64,000 nucleotides of DNA, taken from contig OZ241456.1 in NCBI GenBank assembly GCA_965200875.1, forward strand, positions 96,001 through 160,000, read 5' to 3'. Under the pieces are notes generated by a model. The model was given only the letters and a program-made list of their open reading frames with translations. It was not told the origin of the DNA and made no database searches. Every line of letters starts with the position of its first letter. The first letter of the stretch is position 1. Below are positions 52,575 to 62,405 of the stretch, one piece after another. This DNA is from Bdellovibrionales bacterium (GTDB lineage Bacteria > Bdellovibrionota > Bdellovibrionia > Bdellovibrionales > UBA1609). The translations under genes and the position numbers were made by a program.

Positions 52575-55028
52575 ATGAACACAGAAAAACAAAACGAAAA
52601 TATTTTCAATGTGGATATTAATCAGGAGATGAAGGAATCTTATCTTCAATATTCCATGAGTGTGATCGTGGGGCGAGCTTTGCCAGATGTAAGAGATGGC
52701 CTTAAACCGGTTCATCGCCGGATTCTTTTCGCCATGAAAGGCTTAAAAAACACATCTGACAAACCCTATAAAAAATCCGCGAGAGTAGTGGGTGATGTGA
52801 TTGGTAAATACCACCCTCATGGAGATATGGCTGTGTATGACAGCATTGTGAGAATGGCTCAGGATTTTTCTATGCGTCACCCTTTGGTGGATGGCCAGGG
52901 GAACTTTGGTTCTGTGGATGGAGATGCTCCAGCTGCTTCTCGATATACAGAAGTTAGGATGACTCCTCTTGCAGAGTCTCTTTTAGAGGATATTGACAAG
53001 GAAACAGTTTCTTTTGGCTGGAACTATGATGACACTCTTCTTATTCCTCAGGTTTTGCCGGCTCGTTATCCTAATTTGCTGGTCAATGGAAGTGAGGGAA
53101 TTGCTGTGGGTATGGCTTCCCGGGTGCCTCCCCATAATTTGGGAGAAGTGATTTCAGCTTGTGTGGCTTTTATTGAAGATCCTGAAGTGTCAGAGGACAA
53201 ACTTTTAAAAATCGTTCCAGGGCCTGACTTTCCCACCGCCGGAATTATTAAAGCTAAGGCCGGCCTCCTTTCCGCTTATAAAACCGGAAAAGGAATTATT
53301 ACTGTTCAGGCAAAAGCCGAAATCGTCCGGGAAAAAGGAAAAGACCTGATAGTGGTAAAGGAGCTTCCCTATCAGGTAAACAAAGCTCGGTTAATAGAAA
53401 GCATAGCGACTTTGGTCAAGGACAAAAAAATAGAAGGCATATCTGACATAAGAGATGAATCCTCCAGAGAGGGTATGAGGGTTGTGGTGGTTCTGAAAAA
53501 AAAGGAGAACGCAGAAGTTATATTGAATCAACTTTTTAAACACACTAATCTTCAGTCACGGTTTGGAATTATTTTTCTAGCCTTGGATCACCAAAATCAA
53601 CCGCGACTTTTTTCTTTAAAGCAAATGCTTAAATCCTTTACAAGCCATCGCTTGGATGTGGTTACTAAGAGATTGATTTTTGACTTAAGAAAGGCCCGTG
53701 AGAGAGCGCATATCCTAGAGGGTTTGAAAAAAGCTTTGGACTCTATTTCTGAAGTGATTAAAATGATTCGTTCGGCCAAGGATGTACCTTCTGCCCGCCG
53801 GCAACTTAAGGAAAGCTTGGATCTTTCCACAAAACAGGCCCAGGCCATTTTGGATATGCGTCTTCAGAAATTAACCAGCTTGGAAAGAGAAAAAATTGCT
53901 CAGGAATTGGATGGTCTTTTAAAGGAAATTGAGAGCATAAAGTCCACTCTTTCCAATGAATCGGCTTTATATGAAATTATAAAAAAAGAGCTTTTAGATA
54001 TAAAAGAAAAGTTTTCCTCTCCTCGAAAAACCTTAATTGTAGCGGGAGAAGATGAAATTTTGGAGGATAAAGATCTTATTCCAAAAGAAGATGTATTGGT
54101 TACCCTTAATTCTGATGGCGGGGTGAAACAAATTTCTTTGGAAGAGTATCGTCTTCAGAAAAGAGGGGGTACAGGACTCAAAGGGAGTTCTCTAGCCGGA
54201 GACACCAGTGTTTGGAAGAGTCTTTGCGCCAGCACTCACAGTATTTTGTTGGTTTTAACAGATCGAGGAAGGCTTTATTGGCTGGATGTGTTTCGTATTC
54301 CCCGGATGAGTCGTACTTCTAAAGGGCGATCTATTAAAAATTTGGTTCCTCTTCAATCAGACGAAACTGTGCAGGTGGTTATTCCTGTGGAATCCTTTTC
54401 GCAGGAAGGGGCAAATCTTTGCCTAGTGACTAAAAAAGGATTATTTAAAAAATCCTCCTTGAAGTTTTTTTCCAATCCGCGTAAAGGAGGAGTGATTGCC
54501 ATTGATATGAATGAAGAAGATCATCTTGTTTCTGCTTGTGTCAGTTCTTCCGATGAGGATATTTTTATTTTCACAAAAAAAGGTTTTTGTATTCGCTTTG
54601 CAGAAGAAAGTGTGCGCCCAATTGGTCGCAAAGCTCGCGGGGTGCGAGGTCTTTCTTTGCGAAAAGGTGATGAAGTTATCAGCATGGATAATGTGAGCAA
54701 AGATACAAAAGCCTCCTATATGACAGTTACGGAAAAAGGGTATGGCAAAAGAACTTTGTTAAAAGAGTGTAGAGCGCAAAGAAGAGGAGGTAAGGGGATT
54801 ACAGCTCATAAAGTCACGGAAAGAACAGGTGATGTGGTTTGTTCTCATTTGGTGGAGGACTTTCATCAGCTTCTTATAATGACCAATCAAGGTCAATCCA
54901 TTCGATTTTCCTGTCGGGAAATTTCTGTTATTGGTCGTTCAGCTCAAGGGGTGCGTTTAATGAAACTGAAAACTGGAGAACAGATAAGAAGTGCAAGTCT
55001 TTTAAATTATGAATATAAAAACCCGTAA
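52575..55028 (+). CDS. gyrA: DNA gyrase subunit A
   Basis: RALPDVRDGLKPV, YHPHGD, catalytic SRYTE, GyrA-box QKRGGTG. Confidence 0.97.
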   Translation: MNTEKQNENIFNVDINQEMKESYLQYSMSVIVGRALPDVRDGLKPVHRRILFAMKGLKNTSDKPYKKSARVVGDVIGKYHPHGDMAVYDSIVRMAQDFSMRHPLVDGQGNFGSVDGDAPAASRYTEVRMTPLAESLLEDIDKETVSFGWNYDDTLLIPQVLPARYPNLLVNGSEGIAVGMASRVPPHNLGEVISACVAFIEDPEVSEDKLLKIVPGPDFPTAGIIKAKAGLLSAYKTGKGIITVQAKAEIVREKGKDLIVVKELPYQVNKARLIESIATLVKDKKIEGISDIRDESSREGMRVVVVLKKKENAEVILNQLFKHTNLQSRFGIIFLALDHQNQPRLFSLKQMLKSFTSHRLDVVTKRLIFDLRKARERAHILEGLKKALDSISEVIKMIRSAKDVPSARRQLKESLDLSTKQAQAILDMRLQKLTSLEREKIAQELDGLLKEIESIKSTLSNESALYEIIKKELLDIKEKFSSPRKTLIVAGEDEILEDKDLIPKEDVLVTLNSDGGVKQISLEEYRLQKRGGTGLKGSSLAGDTSVWKSLCASTHSILLVLTDRGRLYWLDVFRIPRMSRTSKGRSIKNLVPLQSDETVQVVIPVESFSQEGANLCLVTKKGLFKKSSLKFFSNPRKGGVIAIDMNEEDHLVSACVSSSDEDIFIFTKKGFCIRFAEESVRPIGRKARGVRGLSLRKGDEVISMDNVSKDTKASYMTVTEKGYGKRTLLKECRAQRRGGKGITAHKVTERTGDVVCSHLVEDFHQLLIMTNQGQSIRFSCREISVIGRSAQGVRLMKLKTGEQIRSASLLNYEYKNP

Positions 55029-55827
55029 AAGTATAATGGTAGTGGGGCTTTTGTTTTTTTCCTCCTCCTGTTTTTATTTTATTTCTCCGCTGAGAAGAGC
55101 GGAAAAAGCTCTTAAGAAAGTTCAATGTGAAAAGGCTAGGAAGTTTTTCACTTTGGCACCGGAAAAAAGCTTAAAGTTTGCGGAAAAAGCCGCTAAGATT
55201 TGCCGGCGAAAAAGCCCTGAAGATTCCCTTTGGTTTTATCAATATCTTTCCTTAAGAGAAAAGGATAAAAAAAGAAGATGGATGTTTGAGGAAATACAGG
55301 CTGGGATTTTTTTTGAGGATATGAAAAATTATGAAAAATCCCTAGAAACTTATTTTTTTTTAAAAGAACAAAATTTATCAAAAACCAAAAATCATTTTTA
55401 TTCCTTTCGTATCGCGCTTTCTTATTTTGAAACCGGAAAATGGGAAATGAGTTTAAAGGAAGTGAACATATTGTTAAATAAACTTTTGGTAGGGAGGAAA
55501 AATCTTTTACAGAATCAAAAAAGCAACTCCCAGGAATTTTTGATGAAAGCCTTGTTTCTCAAAGCCCGGATTTTGTTAATGCAGGAAAAATATGAGTTGG
55601 CGGAAAAGGAATTTGGAAAAATTCAGAAAATCGCACCAGGTTTTTTTAAGGACAATAATTTATTTCTTTATTTATCTTTTATTTATGAATCCAGAAAGGA
55701 GTTTCATCGGGCTATTTCAGAGCTGAAAAAATTTCAGAGTACATCAGAATTTTTGGCTGATAAGGTAAAAAGGCTTAAGATAAGGAAAAACAATCAACCA
55801 GGGTCCGCTTTTAGAGGAAATTTGTAG
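55009..55827 (+). CDS. TPR-like putative lipoprotein
   Basis: Signal ending SSC; helical repeats (FRIALSYF...; ALFLKARILL...). Confidence 0.6.
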   Translation: MNIKTRKSIMVVGLLFFSSSCFYFISPLRRAEKALKKVQCEKARKFFTLAPEKSLKFAEKAAKICRRKSPEDSLWFYQYLSLREKDKKRRWMFEEIQAGIFFEDMKNYEKSLETYFFLKEQNLSKTKNHFYSFRIALSYFETGKWEMSLKEVNILLNKLLVGRKNLLQNQKSNSQEFLMKALFLKARILLMQEKYELAEKEFGKIQKIAPGFFKDNNLFLYLSFIYESRKEFHRAISELKKFQSTSEFLADKVKRLKIRKNNQPGSAFRGNL

Positions 55828-55951
55828 CTGTTTTTTGTGGGGTAAAAGAATGAGATTTTTTGAAGGCTTTTTTTCGGGCTGATTCTTCGGGTTGAAAGTG
55901 TTTGCATAAAAAGCTAAAACAACTATAAACAGCCTTGGAGGAGGGGGCCTG

Positions 55952-56641
55952 ATGGTACATTTTGAATGGTTGGGGCTTTTGCCTTTTCTGGAAAGCGAAA
56001 ACCTGCACATAGCTAATATGTTGCTGGTTTGCTTTTTATTGTTATTGCTGACTTTTTTTGCAAAGCGGGCTTTAAGAAGATCAAAAGATCCTTTAATGCC
56101 CGAAAGCCGGCTTTCCGTAAAGGCTTTTATGGAAAATTTTACTTCAACTATTACAGCTTTATCTGATTTAGTGGTGGGGCAGAAAGGTCGTATATTTGTT
56201 CCTTTTTTTGCGAGCCTCTTTTTGTTTGTCTGGTTGAGTAATTTATTGGGATTGGTGCCAGGGATGAGTGCTACTACAGGAAATGTCAACACGACTTTGG
56301 CTTTGGGAATATTTTCTTTTTTTGTTTATAATATTTACGGTTTTAAAGAGCACGGCTGGTCGTATTTAAAACAACTCATGGGGCCGGTTTTGTTTTTAGC
56401 CCCCTTGATGTTTGTGATTGAACTTATATCTCATCTGGTGCGCCCTTTAAGTCTCGGACTTAGGCTTTACGGCAATATGGTGGGGGATCATACGGTTCTT
56501 TCCATTTTTTTAAATATGGCACCTTTTTTTATCCCGGTTATTTTTTATTTTCTGGGGTTTTTTGTTTGCACTATGCAGGCTTTTATTTTCACGATTTTAA
56601 GTATGGTTTATATGAGCATTGCTTTGTCTCATGATCATTGA
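55952..56641 (+). CDS. atpB: ATP synthase F0 subunit a
   Basis: SNLLGLVPG, RPLSLGLRLYGNM, QAFIFTILS. Confidence 0.96.
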   Translation: MVHFEWLGLLPFLESENLHIANMLLVCFLLLLLTFFAKRALRRSKDPLMPESRLSVKAFMENFTSTITALSDLVVGQKGRIFVPFFASLFLFVWLSNLLGLVPGMSATTGNVNTTLALGIFSFFVYNIYGFKEHGWSYLKQLMGPVLFLAPLMFVIELISHLVRPLSLGLRLYGNMVGDHTVLSIFLNMAPFFIPVIFYFLGFFVCTMQAFIFTILSMVYMSIALSHDH

Positions 56642-56697
56642 TTTTTTTAAAAGAACATTATAAATAACTTATAAATAAAAACGGAGGGAAAAAGAAA

Positions 56698-57030
56698 ATG
56701 AAAAAAATACTTTGGAATATTTATTTAACAGCATTGGTTTTTGGCCTTGGTCTTGTATCCTGTTTTCAGGCTTATGCTGAGGGAGTGGCTGAAGAAGCAA
56801 GTGGTGGTGGAGGACTCTACGCTTTAGCTGCGGGAATGGCTATTGCCATAGCTGCTTTTGGTGGAGCTTTGGGACAAAGTCGTGTAGGAGCTGCGGCAAT
56901 GGAAGGTATTGCCCGAAATCCTCAATCTCAAAAAATTATGTTTATCCCTATGATTATAGTGTTGGCACTGATTGAATCTTTTGTGATTTTTTCTTTTGCT
57001 ATTGCCATGATTATAGCTGGTAAAATTTAA
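56698..57030 (+). CDS. atpE: ATP synthase F0 subunit c with N-terminal extension
   Basis: Gly/Ala-rich helix, ARNP loop, ALIES carboxylate. Confidence 0.95.
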   Translation: MKKILWNIYLTALVFGLGLVSCFQAYAEGVAEEASGGGGLYALAAGMAIAIAAFGGALGQSRVGAAAMEGIARNPQSQKIMFIPMIIVLALIESFVIFSFAIAMIIAGKI

Positions 57031-57042
57031 CTGGGATTTTTA

Positions 57043-58455
57043 TTATATATTCAGCCAGTGGTAAAAATGTTTTTTTATTTTTTCCACAGCTTGTTTGTTT
57101 TTTCCTCCAAATCGAAAAGTCCATTCATTTTGTGTGTTGGATGTACGAGCTAGGCCCCAGGCCAGACCTGGAAAACTCACTCGTACTCCATCTATAGAGG
57201 AAACCTGTGCAGACTTTTGGGCTTTATAGAATTTTTTTAAATGTTCAAGTTTTTTTTTGGCCTGAACCATATTGGAAATGGACTTTCGGATTTCCGGGGT
57301 TTCGAAACTGTTTTTTTTAAAAATCATATCTTCCGGGGTTTTGTTTTTTCTCATGCAGATATTTATTAATCTGAGAAGTCCATATAGTCCGTCATCCAGA
57401 GGAAAAAAATCGTCACAAAAAAAGAAGTGGCCACTTAACTCCCCGCCAAAAATAGCTTTTTCCTTTAAGGTTTTTTGCCGTATCAGGCTGTGTCCCGATT
57501 TCCCTATAAGGGTTTTCACTTTTTTTCTCTTTAAAAAATCAAAAAACCAGTCACCACATTTTACATCCACCACGAAGCTTGGATTTTTGGGCTTTCGATT
57601 TAAAATATCAGTGATGAAAAGAGACATAAGTTCATCTCCTTCTAGGACTTTTCCACTCTTTCCCACAATAACTAGGCGATCTCCATCCCCATCAAAAGCC
57701 GCACCAAATTCACAGTTTTTTGTTTCCATGATTTTTTTCAGATCTCTTAGATTTTTTTCAAAAGAAGGATCAGGAGGATGATTGGGGAACCGACCATCTG
57801 GAGTAGTATGGAGCCAATGGATTTTTAAAGGAAGGTTAAGGGCCTTAAAAAGCCTTTTGGCCAGAGGGCCACTGGCCCCGTTGGCACAGTCAATGGCAAT
57901 GTTTTTGAGAGGGGAAAGGGGACGGTAATGATGGAGTTTTTGTTTGTGAAAAGCAATATAAGGGGATTTGATGTCAAAGAGAATGTTTTTTCCTCTTGGC
58001 AGGCTTTGAAGGGGAGAAAAAGAAGAGGAATCGGCTATTTTTTTTAATTGTAAAATTTTTCTTCCGCAAACAGATTTTTTGTTCAGAATCATTTTAAAAC
58101 CATTGAAGTTTGGAGGATTGTGGCTCGCGGTTATCATAAGGCTCGCTTTAATATTTTTCATAAAATAACTAGAGAAAAAGCAAACTGGTGAAGGAACTAG
58201 ACCTAAAAAGTACACATCTGCGCCAGCTTGGTTTAAAAACTTTGACAAATATTTGGCAATCTCTGGACTGCTTAAACGGGAGTCGTGCCCTAAAGCTAAA
58301 GCCAGTTTTTTCTTTTGAGCTTGAGGTTTTTTTGGATAAAGACATAAGTGAACAAAAGAAAAGGCCAGAATCTTTACAAACTCAAGGTCAAAGTCCTTTT
58401 TATAAATTCCTCTTATGTCGTTTTTTCTGAAAATATCTGGGTTCCAAGTTTTCAT
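57043..58455 (-). CDS. phosphomannomutase/phosphoglucomutase
   Basis: DIRG, TASHNP, FDGDGDR, GELSGH. Confidence 0.92.
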   Translation of the reverse strand: MKTWNPDIFRKNDIRGIYKKDFDLEFVKILAFSFVHLCLYPKKPQAQKKKLALALGHDSRLSSPEIAKYLSKFLNQAGADVYFLGLVPSPVCFFSSYFMKNIKASLMITASHNPPNFNGFKMILNKKSVCGRKILQLKKIADSSSFSPLQSLPRGKNILFDIKSPYIAFHKQKLHHYRPLSPLKNIAIDCANGASGPLAKRLFKALNLPLKIHWLHTTPDGRFPNHPPDPSFEKNLRDLKKIMETKNCEFGAAFDGDGDRLVIVGKSGKVLEGDELMSLFITDILNRKPKNPSFVVDVKCGDWFFDFLKRKKVKTLIGKSGHSLIRQKTLKEKAIFGGELSGHFFFCDDFFPLDDGLYGLLRLINICMRKNKTPEDMIFKKNSFETPEIRKSISNMVQAKKKLEHLKKFYKAQKSAQVSSIDGVRVSFPGLAWGLARTSNTQNEWTFRFGGKNKQAVEKIKKHFYHWLNI

Positions 58456-59430
58456 TCAGCCTTTTCCATTAGTTTCCGGGGAGGTTAAGTGTTGTATTGC
58501 CCATGATAAAGCCTGTTTCATGGAATCCGCATTTGCTTTATTTTGTCCAAAAATATCCTGAGCTTTGCCGTGGCTGACACTGACTCTCAAAAACGGAAGC
58601 CCAAGGCTAATTTGAAAACTTTTTTTCCCGTGAATCATTTTAAAGGGAATCAGGGCTTGATCATGGTAAAGACAAAGATACATAAAATATTTTTTCCAGT
58701 TTTCTTTAAGGAAAGCGACATCAGGTACTAACGGCCCTTTCACTTTCTTTTTCCATTTTTTAAGTTCGGTTTTCAGTAAAATCTCCTCTTTTCCCAAAAG
58801 CCCTTCTTCTCCTGCGTGGGGGTTTAACCCCAAAACCCCTAAGGGTTTGGAGTTAGGGAAAGTGAACAGTTTTTTTTTGAACTTCAGGCAAAGAGAAATA
58901 CATTTATGCAGACTCTCTTTTTCAAAGCTTATTTTTTTTAAGGGAACATGGCCTGTAAGCAAAGCCACATTAAAGTACTCCCCCAGAAAAGTCATAAAAA
59001 CAAAGTCACTTTTGGTGAGTTTTTTTAATAAATCTGTATGGCCTTTTTCTTTAAACTTTTCTTTTTTCATCTGTGTTTTGGAAAGAGGACCCGTTACCAA
59101 AGCTTGGTTTTTTTTGTTTTTTAAACAAAGTGTTCCAGCCTCAGCCACCCACTTGGTGGGAGTGGGGGGACAAGCCATATCCCATAAGACAGCAGGATTT
59201 TTCTTAGTTCTCCAAAAGCTTTCCTTAAGAAGTTTTTCGGGAGAGGGAAGGGGTACGTTTACGATCTGAAACCTTTTATTGATCAGCTGAAATATTTGCC
59301 GGGGGGTTTCAGTGGCTCTCCACAGCACAAAGTGTATGTCTTTTACAGGGGCAAGTTGGCTTAAGGCTTTTAAGCTGACTTCCAACCCAATGCCGTCCAG
59401 ATCTCCTGTTGTGATATGAATGATTTTCAT
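58456..59430 (-). CDS. pdxA: 4-hydroxythreonine-4-phosphate dehydrogenase PdxA
   Basis: TGDLDGIG, GHTD, GLNPHAGE, YHDQALIPFK. Confidence 0.9.
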   Translation of the reverse strand: MKIIHITTGDLDGIGLEVSLKALSQLAPVKDIHFVLWRATETPRQIFQLINKRFQIVNVPLPSPEKLLKESFWRTKKNPAVLWDMACPPTPTKWVAEAGTLCLKNKKNQALVTGPLSKTQMKKEKFKEKGHTDLLKKLTKSDFVFMTFLGEYFNVALLTGHVPLKKISFEKESLHKCISLCLKFKKKLFTFPNSKPLGVLGLNPHAGEEGLLGKEEILLKTELKKWKKKVKGPLVPDVAFLKENWKKYFMYLCLYHDQALIPFKMIHGKKSFQISLGLPFLRVSVSHGKAQDIFGQNKANADSMKQALSWAIQHLTSPETNGKG

Positions 59431-60350
59431 TTGTTAATTTGCACAAAAGAGGTTTTCTTTTTTTGCTCCAACCAGTTCTTAAGCTCTTTTTTAAACAAGT
59501 CCTTAAATAAAACTGTAAATAGTTTTTCTTTTCTTTTTTTGTTTTTAGTGGTGATAACCGGTGTTTTCCAAAGAGCTTTGAAAATATGATACCCGGAGGG
59601 AAGAGATAAGACCTGAGAAATTTGTCCAATGGAAAGGGCTTTAAGGGCTTTTTGGATCATGGGGTGCATAGAGGAAAGCTGGATTTTTTTAAGAGTTTCT
59701 TTTTTCTCTCCTTTTTTTTCAGGTGCCCATTTATCAAAGGAGGCGGGATCTTTTGAAAAAAGAAGATAATTTTTTTGAGCTTGTTTTTTTCCTTCCTTTG
59801 TTTGTGGAAAAAGTACATAAGAAAGCTCATACTCGAAAGTGTTAAAAAGGGTTTTCCCCTCTTTTTGAAGAGCATATTCGTTGAGATCTTGATTGGAAAT
59901 TCTTATTTTTTCCATAATTTCCTTTTGTATGAGAAGATTCCTCAGGATGGACTTTTTTAAAAATGCTTTGTAAGAGGAAGAAGTGAAATGATTTTTAACG
60001 AGCTTCCGGCTAAAGGCTTTTTTGGATAAACCCATTTGTTTTCTTCGTTTGCTTAATTCCTTTTGGAAAAAGTTTTGTCCTATTTCCGTTTTTGGGGCAA
60101 AGAGATCTAGGAGTTTTTCATAAACCAAAAACTCCAAAAGTGTGGAATCTTTTTTTTTAAGTGTGGACTTTGAAAAAAGAGTGAGCAGAGGAGAGTCTTC
60201 CAGAAAACCTGTTTTCAATCTTTTGCGGGTTTCTTTTAAATCCATGAGGCTTATCATTTCCCCTTCCACAGTGGCCAGAGTTTTTTCCACAGTTTGAGCT
60301 GGCAGGAAACCACAAAAGAAAGCAAGAAAAAAACTTAAAATGTATTTCAT
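59427..60350 (-). CDS. SurA-like periplasmic foldase
   Basis: Signal peptide, VEKTLATVEGEMI SurA-N start, degenerate parvulin (GQIS...GYHIFK); directly upstream of pdxA. Confidence 0.72.
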   Translation of the reverse strand: MKYILSFFLAFFCGFLPAQTVEKTLATVEGEMISLMDLKETRKRLKTGFLEDSPLLTLFSKSTLKKKDSTLLEFLVYEKLLDLFAPKTEIGQNFFQKELSKRRKQMGLSKKAFSRKLVKNHFTSSSYKAFLKKSILRNLLIQKEIMEKIRISNQDLNEYALQKEGKTLFNTFEYELSYVLFPQTKEGKKQAQKNYLLFSKDPASFDKWAPEKKGEKKETLKKIQLSSMHPMIQKALKALSIGQISQVLSLPSGYHIFKALWKTPVITTKNKKRKEKLFTVLFKDLFKKELKNWLEQKKKTSFVQINK

Positions 60351-60370
60351 ATATTTTCCGTTCAACAAAA

Positions 60371-60390
60371 CCCGATAAAGCTTTATCGGG
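60371..60390. repeat. perfect 20-bp palindrome
   Basis: CCCGATAAAG|CTTTATCGGG in the spacer between two foldase genes. Confidence 0.85.
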
Positions 60391-60458
60391 AATGAGGAAA
60401 AAAGTCAAATGTCCAGTAGTCTTTTTATTGACCGGAAAGTGAAACGAAACGGGCTTTG

Positions 60459-61403
60459 CTAAAGGAGTTTTACTTTTATTTTTTTTAAATCGGATTCATT
60501 TTTTAAGATCTTTGCTTTCCGGCTTTCTGTATCCAACCATTTTGCAAAAAGAGCTTTTCTCTTTTGTGTCAAAAGAATTTTTCGAATTTCTTTTTTTGCA
60601 GTGGAAAAAGGGCTTAACTGCTCAGATTTTTTGTCCAATACCTGTATGATGTGATAGCCGTAAGCACTGGGCCAAATCGGGCTTATCTCGTTTTTTTTAA
60701 GAGTAAAAGCTTGGTCAAATACAGGAAGTGTGTTTTTTTCCACCCACTCTGCTCGTATAATTTGTGAGCTTTTGAGGAAGTGTTTTGCCCCGGTAATGAG
60801 ATTTTTTTCCAACTTCAAAGCCTGTTTTACTTTTAATAAAGGTTCTTTTTTTTTATGAAAAAGATGATGAATGAGAATCCGTGGGGGGTTTTTAAAAAAA
60901 CTTAAATGGCTTTGATAATATTCCTGCATTTCTTTTTCTGTTGGTTCTTTTGCCTGAGAGCTGATTTTTTGGCTTACTTTTTCATAAAGCAGTTTGTTTT
61001 TGACAATTTTTTTCCAGTCCTTTTTAGTTATTTTTTTTCTTTTCAAATACAGAAAAAAAATTTCATCACTGGGATAGTCTTTTTTTATTTTTTTCAAGCC
61101 GTGATTTAATTCCTCCGGGGAAATAAAGACAGAGTGTGTCTTTGCCCACTTTTGCACCAAATGGGCCATAAGAAGATCCACTATAAGTTGTTCTTTAATG
61201 TTTTCTAGGAGCTTTTCATTTTGAAAATCTTTAAGATTTAAGGTTTGTATTTTTTGGGCTAACAGTTTAGCAAACTGTCGATGTGTCCATTTTTCGGAAT
61301 TGATTTGCAAAATTACAAGATCTTTGGAAAAGAGGGGACAAGAAGTTAAAGTTAAAAAACTTAACAAAAGTGTTATCCGTATGGAGAATGTGAAAATCTT
61401 CAT
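60459..61403 (-). CDS. PpiC/PrsA-type peptidyl-prolyl isomerase lipoprotein
   Basis: Lipobox-like LTSC; 'FDQAFTLKKNEISPIWPSAYGYHII'. Confidence 0.8.
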   Translation of the reverse strand: MKIFTFSIRITLLLSFLTLTSCPLFSKDLVILQINSEKWTHRQFAKLLAQKIQTLNLKDFQNEKLLENIKEQLIVDLLMAHLVQKWAKTHSVFISPEELNHGLKKIKKDYPSDEIFFLYLKRKKITKKDWKKIVKNKLLYEKVSQKISSQAKEPTEKEMQEYYQSHLSFFKNPPRILIHHLFHKKKEPLLKVKQALKLEKNLITGAKHFLKSSQIIRAEWVEKNTLPVFDQAFTLKKNEISPIWPSAYGYHIIQVLDKKSEQLSPFSTAKKEIRKILLTQKRKALFAKWLDTESRKAKILKNESDLKKIKVKLL

Positions 61404-62284
61404 AAGGGGATATTATTTAACAAAGCTGTATTGGTTTGTATTTTGAATTTGGATTTTAAGCTATTAAAATACTTTTTTAAAACCTGACTTCTTTTTTGAT
61501 CGAAGTAGGCCGCTTTTATTTGTGTGCGATTGGCTTCCCCAAAGGGAATTTTACGATTAAGTTTGACAATGTAAAAGCCGGTACCGGTTCTTATAGGATT
61601 GGAAATTTGTCCGTTCTTCATACTTTGAAGTTTTTTATAAATGGTGGGATAAATAGTATGACGAGAACGAGGAATGTTGAGCCTTCCATTTAATCGGTCA
61701 TCAGAGTAGATATCCACCAGATTCGAAAAAGGTTTTTTACTGGCTTTGACTTCCTTATGGATTTTGGTGGCTCTGGCAGTGGTGGTTTTTATTTGTTTGG
61801 CGGTGGGGTTCATGGGGAGATTGATGACGATAAAATTGATGTCAAACTCCGGGTTTTTTTTGTAAAACCTGAGCATGACATTTTTGGATAATTTTTTGGC
61901 AGTTTTATCCACTTTTGCGATTTGCTTTTTGAGTTTTTTTTCCGCAAAGGTTTTATATAAAAGTTGTTCAAAACCTTCTTTCAACAAAGGGTCTTTAAAC
62001 ATATTTCTTATAGCCGGATTTTTGACTAAACGAGGATCATTATAAGCCTGCTCCACTCCTATACGATAGCGCAAGTATTCTTCAAAAAACTTTTTAATGG
62101 GAGGGGTGTTGGGTGCAACAGTTTTAACCGCTTTGTAAGTGTTTACAAATTCCTGGAGCGTGATTTTAATGTTAACGGGTCCTTTTTTTCCAGAATAGGA
62201 GATAGTTGCCAGATTCTCTGCTTGTGCGGAGAAAATGGAAAAAAAACTTAACAGGAAAATAGCGATAATAGAGTGTACACACAT
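61400..62284 (-). CDS. PpiC-type peptidyl-prolyl isomerase
   Basis: Signal AQA; 'YSDD' and 'MKNGQISNPIRTGTGFYIVK'. Confidence 0.75.
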   Translation of the reverse strand: MCVHSIIAIFLLSFFSIFSAQAENLATISYSGKKGPVNIKITLQEFVNTYKAVKTVAPNTPPIKKFFEEYLRYRIGVEQAYNDPRLVKNPAIRNMFKDPLLKEGFEQLLYKTFAEKKLKKQIAKVDKTAKKLSKNVMLRFYKKNPEFDINFIVINLPMNPTAKQIKTTTARATKIHKEVKASKKPFSNLVDIYSDDRLNGRLNIPRSRHTIYPTIYKKLQSMKNGQISNPIRTGTGFYIVKLNRKIPFGEANRTQIKAAYFDQKRSQVLKKYFNSLKSKFKIQTNTALLNNIPL

Positions 62285-62405
62285 AAAAAACCTGAACTCC
62301 AGTATATACTTAATTGTTGTTTCGGATCAAGGAAAGAGGACTTTTGTCTGGTTTAGAAAGAGCAGGAAAGTTTCTAAGGGTTGATTTCCAAAGCTAATTT
62401 TTGTT

